Under the pieces are notes generated by a model. That model searched no databases and had not been told where the DNA came from. It worked only from the letters and a program-made list of their open reading frames with translations. The position numbers were made by a program, and so were the translations under genes. DNA of 64,000 bases from an uncultured Gemmatimonadales bacterium (lineage in GTDB: Bacteria; Gemmatimonadota; Gemmatimonadetes; Longimicrobiales; Longimicrobiaceae): the NCBI GenBank assembly GCA_963716255.1, contig OY970303.1:1248001-1312000 (forward strand), written 5' to 3'. Every line of letters starts with the position of its first letter. The first letter of the stretch is position 1. This document shows, piece by piece, positions 56,782 to 64,000 of the stretch.

Positions 56782-59616
56782 ATGGCAGACCTCAATAGCT
56801 TCGTCGGCCCCAACGCCGGCTACGTGCTGGACCTTTACGAGCGCTTCCTGCGCGACCCCTCGTCCGTGGACGCGGGGTGGCAGGAGTTCTTCCGCACGTT
56901 CACCCCGCCCGCCCCGGAGGCCCCGGCTCCCGGGGTGGGGGCCGCGGGGGGGTACGACCCGGACGCCGTGGTGGCGGCGCACGAGCTGGCGGAGGCGATC
57001 CGCGCGCGCGGCCACACCGCCGCCCGGCTGAGCCCCATCGCCCCGCCCGCCGACCCGGACCCGTCGCTCCGCCCGGAGTCGCACGGCCTTTCCGAGGGCC
57101 GGCTGGCGGGCCTTCCCGCCTCGGTGGTGCGCGGCCCGGCGGCGCAGGCCGCCGGAAGCGCGGCGGAGGGGATCGCCCGCCTGCGGGAGCTGTACTCGGG
57201 GACCATCGGCTACGAGTTCGACCACATCCAGGACCCGCGGGAGCGCGACTGGCTGCGCCAGCGGGTGGAGTCGGGGAGCCTGAGCGCGCCCCTGGCCCCG
57301 GAGAAGCGGCGGGCGCTGCTCGCCCGGCTCTCGCAGGTGGAGGGCTTCGAGCGCTTCCTGCACAGGGCGTTCGTCAACCAGAAGCGCTTTTCCGTCGAAG
57401 GGACGGACATGCTGGTCCCCATCCTGGACCAGGTGATCGAGGACGCGGCCGCGGGCGGCGCCTCGGACGTGGTCATCGGCATGGCGCACCGCGGCCGGCT
57501 CAACGTGCTCACCCACGTGCTGGGCAAGCCGTACGAGCTGATGGTGGCCGCCTTCATGGGCAAGAAGCCCGCGCCGGCCGAGTCGGACGTGGACGACCTG
57601 TCGCAGGACGTGAAGTACCACATGGGCTGGCGCGACGCCAAGCGCATCGGGGAGCGGGAGGTGACCGTTACCCTGGCGCCCAACCCCAGCCACCTGGAGT
57701 TCGTGAACCCGGTGGTGGTGGGGATGACTCGGGCGGCGCAGGACTGGACGCGCCGCCCCGGCCCGCCGGACCTGTCGCTGGAGGACGGGGTGGCGGTGCT
57801 GGTGCACGGCGACGCGGCCTTTCCCGGGCAGGGCACGGTGGCCGAGACGCTGAACATGTCGGGGCTGCGGGGCTTCACCGTGGGCGGGACGCTGCACGTC
57901 ATCGCCAACAACCAGATCGGCTTCACCACGCTCCCGGAGGACGACCGCTCCACGCGCTACGCCAGCGACCTGGCCAAGGGCTTCGAGGTCCCGATCGTCC
58001 ACGTCAACGCGGACGACCCGGAGGCGTGCATCGCCATCGCCCGGCTGGCGGTGGAGTACCGCGCCGAGTTCCACAAGGACTTCGTCATCGACCTGGTGGG
58101 GTACCGCCGCTGGGGCCACAACGAGGGCGACGAGCCGGCGTTCACGCAGCCGCGCATGTACGACGCCATCCGCGCGCACCCCACCGCCCGCGAGGGCTTC
58201 GCGCGGCTCCTGGCGGAGCAGGGCGTGGTGCCGCGCGAGGAGGCCGACGCCATGCTCCAGCAGGTGCTGGACCGCCTGGCCGAGGTGCAGGCTTCGCTGG
58301 GGGACGGGTCGGCGGTGCTCCACCACAACGGCGACGACCACCTCCACACCAACGGCGGACCCCCGGGATCGTCCGTGGAGACGGCCGTCCCCGAGGAGCG
58401 GCTGCGCGAGTACAACGAGGCGCTGCTAAAGCGGCCGGAGGGCTTCGCCCCCAACGCCCGCCTGGAGAAGCAGCTCGCCCGGCGCCGCGACGCGCTGGGC
58501 CCGGAGGGCGGCATCGACTGGGGGCACGCGGAGACGCTGGCCTTCGCCTCGCTGATCTCGGAGGGGGTGCCGGTGCGCCTCACCGGCCAGGACGCGGAGC
58601 GCGGCACCTTCAGCCACCGCCACCTGGTGCTCCACGATGCCGCCACGGGGGCGAAGCACACCGCGCTGGCGACGCTGCCGCAGGCCCGCGCCTCCTTCGA
58701 GGTGCACAACTCGCCGCTCTCGGAAATGGCGGTGGTGGGCTTCGAGTACGGCTACTCGGTGTTCGACCCGGACGTGCTGGTGATCTGGGAGGCGCAGTTC
58801 GGCGACTTCGTCAACGGCGCGCAGGTGATGATCGACCAGTTCCTGGCGGCGTCGTACCAGAAGTGGGAGCAGACCTCGGGGCTGGTGCTCCTCCTCCCCC
58901 ACGGCTACGAGGGGCAGGGGCCGGAGCACTCCAGCGCTCGGCTGGAGCGCTTCCTCCAGCTCTCGGCCGAGAACAACTTCCGGGTGGTCAACCTCACCAC
59001 CTCGGCGCAGTACTTCCACGTCCTGCGCCGCCAGGCGCAGCTCCTGACGCGCGACCCGCGCCCGCTGATCGTGATGTCGCCCAAGAGCCTGCTGCGCCAC
59101 CCGCTGGCGGCGTCGCGGCTGGAGCAGCTCGGCACGGGCGGCTTCCGGTGCGTCGTCGGCGACGAGGACGCGGCCGGCCGCGCGGACGAGGTCACCCGGC
59201 TGGTGCTGTGCAGCGGCAAGGTGTTCGCCGACCTGTACGGCAGCCCGCTCCGCGCGGATGCTCGCGGCGTGGCGCTGGGGCGGGTGGAGGAGCTGTATCC
59301 CTTTCCCGGCGAGGAGATCGCCGCGCTGGCGGGCTCGTTCCCGCGCCTGAAGGAGGTGGTGTGGGCGCAGGAAGAGCCGCGCAACATGGGCGCCTGGACG
59401 TACATGGAGCCGCGCCTCCGCGCGCTCTTCGGCGACCTGCCGGTGCGCTACGAGGGACGGCCGGAGCGCGCCTCCCCCGCCGAGGGGAGCGCCGACCGGC
59501 ACGCCAAGGAGCAGGCGCGCATCGTGGCCGCGGCCTGGTCGGACGCGCCCGCCGCGGAGAACCCGGCGGAGCGCCGCGCCCGCGGCGACACCCTGATCGG
59601 CAAGCGGAAGCTGTAG
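56782..59616 (+). CDS. sucA: 2-oxoglutarate dehydrogenase E1
   Basis: [50 protein letters not shown]. Confidence 0.97.
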   Translation: MADLNSFVGPNAGYVLDLYERFLRDPSSVDAGWQEFFRTFTPPAPEAPAPGVGAAGGYDPDAVVAAHELAEAIRARGHTAARLSPIAPPADPDPSLRPESHGLSEGRLAGLPASVVRGPAAQAAGSAAEGIARLRELYSGTIGYEFDHIQDPRERDWLRQRVESGSLSAPLAPEKRRALLARLSQVEGFERFLHRAFVNQKRFSVEGTDMLVPILDQVIEDAAAGGASDVVIGMAHRGRLNVLTHVLGKPYELMVAAFMGKKPAPAESDVDDLSQDVKYHMGWRDAKRIGEREVTVTLAPNPSHLEFVNPVVVGMTRAAQDWTRRPGPPDLSLEDGVAVLVHGDAAFPGQGTVAETLNMSGLRGFTVGGTLHVIANNQIGFTTLPEDDRSTRYASDLAKGFEVPIVHVNADDPEACIAIARLAVEYRAEFHKDFVIDLVGYRRWGHNEGDEPAFTQPRMYDAIRAHPTAREGFARLLAEQGVVPREEADAMLQQVLDRLAEVQASLGDGSAVLHHNGDDHLHTNGGPPGSSVETAVPEERLREYNEALLKRPEGFAPNARLEKQLARRRDALGPEGGIDWGHAETLAFASLISEGVPVRLTGQDAERGTFSHRHLVLHDAATGAKHTALATLPQARASFEVHNSPLSEMAVVGFEYGYSVFDPDVLVIWEAQFGDFVNGAQVMIDQFLAASYQKWEQTSGLVLLLPHGYEGQGPEHSSARLERFLQLSAENNFRVVNLTTSAQYFHVLRRQAQLLTRDPRPLIVMSPKSLLRHPLAASRLEQLGTGGFRCVVGDEDAAGRADEVTRLVLCSGKVFADLYGSPLRADARGVALGRVEELYPFPGEEIAALAGSFPRLKEVVWAQEEPRNMGAWTYMEPRLRALFGDLPVRYEGRPERASPAEGSADRHAKEQARIVAAAWSDAPAAENPAERRARGDTLIGKRKL

Positions 59617-59621
59617 ACGGC

Positions 59622-59710
59622 AGGGAACAGGGAAGAGGGAACAGGGAACAGCCTGCAACGGCAACGAACGGCCTTGCAGGCTGTCCCCTGTAACCTGTAA
59701 CCTGTCCCCT
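59622..59710. repeat. Heptamer short tandem repeats in imperfect inverted arrangement
   Basis: (AGGGAAC/G)x4 ... (CTGTCCC/CTGTAAC)x4 flanking a GCCTGCAA..TTGCAGGC stem. Confidence 0.7.
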
Positions 59711-59737
59711 CTACACCCATACCGGAGCGGATACGAA

Positions 59738-61027
59738 ATGTCGGTTGAGATCCGAGTCCCCCCGCTGGGGGAGTCCGTGGTCGAGGCGACCGTCGGACGG
59801 TGGACCAAGAAGGAAGGGGACGCCGTCGCGAAGGACGAGATCCTGGTGGAGCTGGAAACGGACAAGGTCACCGTGGAGGTGGCCGCGCAGACCGCGGGCA
59901 CGCTCGCCCGGATCGCCAAGCAGGAGGGCGAGACGGTGGGGGTCAACGAGCTGATCGCGGAGCTGGCGCCCTCGGGCGACGGCGCGGGCGCGGCGACGCC
60001 GGCGGACCAGGCGGGGCTCACCGCGTCCGCCCGCTACGAGGAGAAGTCCACGGCGGAGCAGCCGGTGGCCGCCGCCCCCACGGGCGAGGCCCAGACCTCT
60101 CCGGCGGTGCGCGCCATGGCCGCGGAGCACGGGCTGGACCTGGCCGAGGTGGGCGGGAGCGGCCCCAACGGGCGGATCACCAAGGAGGACGTGCTCCGCT
60201 TCATCGAGGCGGGCCGCCAGCGCGCCGCCCAGCCCCAGCAGCCGGCCGCGCAGCCCCAGGCCCCGGCTCAGCAGCCCGCCCCGGCCGCCCGCCCCGCGAC
60301 CCCTCAGCCGGCCGCAGCCGCGGCGGGGAACCGCCAGACGCGCGAGCGCATGTCGCGACGCCGGCAGACCATCGCGCGGCGGCTGGTGGAGGCGCAGCAG
60401 ACCACGGCCAGCCTGACCACCTTCAACGAGGTGGACCTCAAGGCGGTGATGGAGCTGCGCAAGCGCCGGCAGGACGCCTTCGTGAAGAAGCACGGCGTCA
60501 AGCTGGGCTTCATGTCGTTCTTCACCAAGGCGGTGATCGGCGCGCTCAAGCAGTTCCCGCGGCTCAACGCCGAGATCCAGGGCGACGAGATCGTCCTCAA
60601 GCATCACTACGACATCGGCATCGCGGTGGGGGCCGAGGAGGGGCTGGTGGTGCCCGTGGTGCGCGACGCCGACCAGAAGAGCTTCGCCGAGCTGGAAAAG
60701 TCCATCGGCGAGCTGGGGACGCGCGCTCGCGAGGGCAAGCTGTCGCTGGACGAGCTGCAGGGCGGCACCTTCACCATCACCAACGGCGGCACCTTCGGCT
60801 CCATGCTCTCCACGCCCATCCTCAACCCCCCGCAGGTGGGGATCCTGGGGATGCACAACATCGTGGAGCGCCCGGTGGTGGTGGACGGCGAGATCGTCGT
60901 GCGCCCCATCATGTTCGTGGCGCTGACCTACGACCACCGCATCGTGGACGGCAGCGAGGCGGTGCGGTTCCTGGTGACCATAAAGCAGATGCTGGAAGAC
61001 CCGGAGACGCTGCTGCTGGAGGGGTGA
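59738..61027 (+). CDS. sucB: Dihydrolipoyllysine succinyltransferase E2
   Basis: Lipoyl ETDKV, E3-binding [19 protein letters not shown]. Confidence 0.97.
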   Translation: MSVEIRVPPLGESVVEATVGRWTKKEGDAVAKDEILVELETDKVTVEVAAQTAGTLARIAKQEGETVGVNELIAELAPSGDGAGAATPADQAGLTASARYEEKSTAEQPVAAAPTGEAQTSPAVRAMAAEHGLDLAEVGGSGPNGRITKEDVLRFIEAGRQRAAQPQQPAAQPQAPAQQPAPAARPATPQPAAAAAGNRQTRERMSRRRQTIARRLVEAQQTTASLTTFNEVDLKAVMELRKRRQDAFVKKHGVKLGFMSFFTKAVIGALKQFPRLNAEIQGDEIVLKHHYDIGIAVGAEEGLVVPVVRDADQKSFAELEKSIGELGTRAREGKLSLDELQGGTFTITNGGTFGSMLSTPILNPPQVGILGMHNIVERPVVVDGEIVVRPIMFVALTYDHRIVDGSEAVRFLVTIKQMLEDPETLLLEG

Positions 61028-61159
61028 GCCGGGCGGCGACCGGCCGGGCGAGGAAGTGCGGGCGTGCGAACGGGGTTCGCGCGACCGCACTTTCGCGCTT
61101 GGGGTACTGAACTGACCTGAAGTGATTCCGCACTTTCGCACTCTGGCACCGTTTTCATA

Positions 61160-62551
61160 ATGGCCGACGAACAAACTTTCGACCTGGTGGTGCTCGGCGG
61201 CGGCCCCGGCGGCTACGTGGCCGCCATCCGCGCGGCGCAGCTGGGGCTCAGGACGGCGTGCATCGAGAAGGAGGACGCGCTGGGCGGCACGTGCGTGCGG
61301 GTGGGGTGCATCCCCTCCAAGGCGCTCCTGGACAGCACCGAGCTCTTCGACCAGATCCGCCACAAGACGGAGGCGCACGGGATCCGCGTGGGGGCGCCGG
61401 AGATGGACGTGGCGGCGATGCACGCGCGCAAGCAGGCGGTGGTGAAGGCGAACACCGACGGGGTCGCCTTCCTGTTCCGCAAGAACAAGGTGGAGTGGAT
61501 CCGCGGCTTCGGGCGGCTGACCTCGCCGGAAACGCTGGAGGTGGAGACGGCGGAGGGCAAGCGCACCGTGCGTGCGAAGCACGTGGTGCTGGCCAGCGGG
61601 TCGGTGCCGGTGGAGCTCCCCTTCCTGAAATTCGACCACGAGCGGATCGTGGACTCCACGGGCGCTCTCGCCCTCCCGGAGGTGCCCAAGCACCTGGTGG
61701 TGGTGGGCGGCGGGGTGATCGGCCTGGAGCTGGGGAGCGTGTGGCTCCGCCTGGGCGCGAAGGTGACGGTGCTGGAGATGGCGCCCACCATCCTCCCGGG
61801 AATGGACGCGGAGATCGTCCGCCAGGCGGACCGGGTCTTCCGCAAGCAGGGCTTCGAGATCCGCACCGGCACGCGCGTCACCGGCGCAGAGCGGAAGGGC
61901 GACGTGGTGACGGTGGCGGTGGAGGGCTCGGAGCCCATCGAGGCGGACTACGTGCTGGTGTCCGTGGGGCGCCGCGCCTACACGCAGGGGATGGGCTACG
62001 AGGAGGTGGGGATCCCCATGGACCGCGGCGTCATCCGGGTGGACGAGCGATACCACACCGGCGTGGGGAGCGTGTATGCCATCGGCGACGCCATCGGCGG
62101 GCGGATGCTGGCGCACAAGGCGGAGGAGGAGGGGGTGGCGGCGGTGGAGAACATCGCCGGCAAGCACGGGCACGTGAAGTACGACGCGGTGGCCAACGTG
62201 GTCTACACCTGGCCGGAGATCGCGTCGGTGGGGATGACGGAGGAGGAGGCGAAGGCGGACGGCCGCGAGTACCGTGTGGGCAAGTTCCCCTTCTCGGCCA
62301 ACGGCCGCGCCCGCGCCATGGCGGAGACGGACGGGATGGTGAAGGTGATCGCGGACGCGAAGACGGACCGCCTGCTGGGGCTGCACATCCTGGGTCCGCG
62401 CGCCTCGGACCTGATCGCGGAGGCGGCGCTCGCCATCGAGTTCGAGAGCTCGGCGGAGGACATCGCCCGCTCGGTGCACGCGCACCCGACGCTCCCGGAG
62501 GCGGTCAAGGAGGCCGCGCTCGCGGTGGGGGGACGCGCGATCCACATCTGA
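61160..62551 (+). CDS. lpdA: Dihydrolipoyl dehydrogenase E3
   Basis: GGGPGG, GGTCVRVGCIPSK, GGGVIGLE, HAHPT. Confidence 0.97.
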   Translation: MADEQTFDLVVLGGGPGGYVAAIRAAQLGLRTACIEKEDALGGTCVRVGCIPSKALLDSTELFDQIRHKTEAHGIRVGAPEMDVAAMHARKQAVVKANTDGVAFLFRKNKVEWIRGFGRLTSPETLEVETAEGKRTVRAKHVVLASGSVPVELPFLKFDHERIVDSTGALALPEVPKHLVVVGGGVIGLELGSVWLRLGAKVTVLEMAPTILPGMDAEIVRQADRVFRKQGFEIRTGTRVTGAERKGDVVTVAVEGSEPIEADYVLVSVGRRAYTQGMGYEEVGIPMDRGVIRVDERYHTGVGSVYAIGDAIGGRMLAHKAEEEGVAAVENIAGKHGHVKYDAVANVVYTWPEIASVGMTEEEAKADGREYRVGKFPFSANGRARAMAETDGMVKVIADAKTDRLLGLHILGPRASDLIAEAALAIEFESSAEDIARSVHAHPTLPEAVKEAALAVGGRAIHI

Positions 62552-62569
62552 GGGACGGCCCGGTACGGC

Positions 62570-62704
62570 GGGTTCGGGCGTGACCCCGGCTGGCGCCGGG
62601 GTCGGGCTTCGGCTCCGCAACGCACGAAACGACCGTGCGTAACGGAGTCGAGCCCGCGCAAACAGCCGCGCGGTCTCGCCCCTTCGGGCCGAAATCCCTC
62701 ACGC
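62570..62704 (+). repeat. Repeat family A, copy 8
   Basis: Conserved ends; stem ACGCACG/CGTGCGT. Confidence 0.92.
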
Positions 62705-62794
62705 GACTGCGTGCCTGACCTCGACGTCCCGCAGGCGCCTGACTTATACGCATTCCGTATGAGGGACGGCAGGAAACAGGGATCAGCCCGCAAC

Positions 62795-62842
62795 GGCAAA
62801 CGGCGCCCCCACCGCGAGATCGGTGGGGGCGCCGTTTTTGCC
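62795..62842. terminator. Bidirectional intrinsic terminator-like hairpin
   Basis: AAACGGCGCCCCCACCG-CGAGAT-CGGTGGGGGCGCCGTTTTT between convergent lpdA and the antitoxin. Confidence 0.75.
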
Positions 62843-62843
62843 T

Positions 62844-63134
62844 TCAGGCGGCGCGGGGCTCCACGGAGATCTCGACTTCGTGGCCGGCGTGGGCGAGCAT
62901 GTTGATCAGTCCGTCGATGCTGAACAGCTCGATCCTACCCCGCACGAGGTCGCTGATCCTGGGCTGGGTTACGCCGAACACCTCGGCGGCCTGCGCCTGC
63001 TTCAGCCCGCGGTCCTCGATGATCTTCCGAATGCTTCCCATCAGCGTGGAGCGGACTTTCAGGTTCGCCGCTTCCTCGGGTGAGAAGCCGAGGTCCTGGA
63101 ATACGTTGCCGCTGGACGGCGTGGAATCCGTCAT
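62844..63134 (-). CDS. XRE-family HTH antitoxin (HigA-like)
   Basis: SSGNVFQDLGF, LKQAQAAEVFGVTQPRISDLVRG, FSIDGL. Confidence 0.9.
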   Translation of the reverse strand: MTDSTPSSGNVFQDLGFSPEEAANLKVRSTLMGSIRKIIEDRGLKQAQAAEVFGVTQPRISDLVRGRIELFSIDGLINMLAHAGHEVEISVEPRAA

Positions 63135-63484
63135 CCCTTTCCTCCCTTTCGTTCCTCGTTGCGCTGCTGCATCAACGCGGCGAGTCGCGCGCTCGCCAGC
63201 TCAAGGTCGCGGAGAGGTGTTTTCTGAGTCTTCTTCTCGAAGGAATGGAGCACGTAGACGGCCTCCTCCAAGCGAGCCAGGTAGACGACGCGGTACTCGC
63301 TCCCCGTGTGGATGCGAATTTCGACCACTCCCGCACCCACGTCGGACATCGGCTTCCAGTCGGACGGCTGCAAGCCCTGTTGGACCAGGCTCAGCTCGAA
63401 CCCTGCACGGCGTCGCGCGGGTTCAGGAAAGTCGCGCAGGTCCCGGAGCGACGAGCCTAGCCAAACGAGCGGTTTCTCGTCCAC
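63131..63484 (-). CDS. RelE/ParE-superfamily toxin (HigB/Gp49-like)
   Basis: KPLVWLGSS..DFPEPARR..GFELSLVQQG..DWKPM..GVVEIRI..YRVVY..VLHSFEKKTQKT; GTG at 63484; ATGA overlap with antitoxin. Confidence 0.9.
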   Translation of the reverse strand: MDEKPLVWLGSSLRDLRDFPEPARRRAGFELSLVQQGLQPSDWKPMSDVGAGVVEIRIHTGSEYRVVYLARLEEAVYVLHSFEKKTQKTPLRDLELASARLAALMQQRNEERKGGKG

Positions 63485-63489
63485 GATAA

Positions 63490-63517
63490 AATATACTGGT
63501 TCTGATATAAAAACCAG
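63490..63517 (-). promoter_or_regulatory. TA -10 element and operator
   Basis: TATATT 5 nt upstream of the GTG (leaderless-like); inverted repeat CTGGTT-N10-AACCAG (63496-63517). Confidence 0.6.
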
Positions 63518-63595
63518 ACATCGCACGTGGATGGCTGATCCCGATGAAAAGGCGCCCCCAGGTCGGTGGGGGCGCCGTTTTGCCGTTGGCAGTTC

Positions 63596-63746
63596 CGCAG
63601 TACCCGTATGATCCTGTGCGGAGGGAGACTCGCCGGCTGTCTGGCGAGGCTCACTCCGGCGAGGGGAGACCCGCCGGCAGTTTGGCGGGGCTCCCGGAGC
63701 CCGCGGAGGAGACGGACGGCTGTATCGTCCGGCTCCGTAGCGGCCC
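63596..63746 (-). repeat. Repeat family B, copy 4
   Basis: Three hairpin modules; third module identical to that of copy 2. Confidence 0.9.
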
Positions 63747-63769
63747 GCCACCACGCAAAGAACTATACC

Positions 63770-64000
63770 TTACACCGCCTGCGGCGACAGACGGTGCTCG
63801 TGGATCACCACGCCGCGCCCCGCGAGCGCGTCGATGTAGGCGGGCGCGGGCATCGCCTCGTCGGGGGTCCAGACGCCGGGCTCGATCTTCCCCTGGGCCT
63901 GGAAGGCGCCGGTGATGGCCAGCGAGAAGCCGGTGGTCCGCATCATGGCGGTGATCCCGGTGGCGGCGTCGAAGCGGTCCAGCAGGTCCCAGCGGAAGAG
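63770..64000 (-). CDS. Saccharopine dehydrogenase/lysine 6-dehydrogenase-like protein, C-terminal end (runs off window end)
   Basis: Manual translation: LLDRFDAATGITAMMRTTGFSLAI...GVWTPDEAMP...LAGRGV, stop TAA at 63770. Confidence 0.75.
   Translation of the reverse strand, partial: LFRWDLLDRFDAATGITAMMRTTGFSLAITGAFQAQGKIEPGVWTPDEAMPAPAYIDALAGRGVVIHEHRLSPQAV

Noticed and set aside
6505..62704. Repeat families as a CRISPR array or as protein-coding repeats (recurring 'EPKPDPGASRGHAR' ORFs)
   Set aside because: Copies are dispersed with no repeat-spacer periodicity and no cas genes; variation preserves base-pairing, not reading frame

Overview
High-GC (Gemmatimonadota/Longimicrobium-like, inferred) chromosomal window. 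It carries mostly minus-strand housekeeping genes (grpE, pgsA, mglBA, recR-ybaB-dnaX, aroF, smc, rsfS, rplI/rpsR/rpsF, LPS genes, hutHU, lptD, tatC, nrdR, TamAB-like, PBP1A, DEAD helicase) plus sucAB-lpdA on the plus strand. Two things stand out. (1) A tandem array of eight small paralogous genes (9670-12025) inserted between aroF and smc, encoding secreted-type peptides with a strongly conserved N-terminal leader and hypervariable four-cysteine cores (C-x7-C-x6-8-C-x10-12-C, usually followed by G-x-W), with no modifying enzyme in the window. (2) Two interspersed non-coding repeat families (8 copies of ~135 nt, 4 copies of ~150 nt) built from the same GAGCC-stem-AAAC[AT]GCC-stem-GTCTC hairpin module, with extensive compensatory base changes, often bracketing accessory genes. 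Also present: two type II TA modules, a split DUF4254-like gene pair, and a GT9 paralog lacking the catalytic Asp. Start codons were re-picked by eye where the ORF track over-extends.
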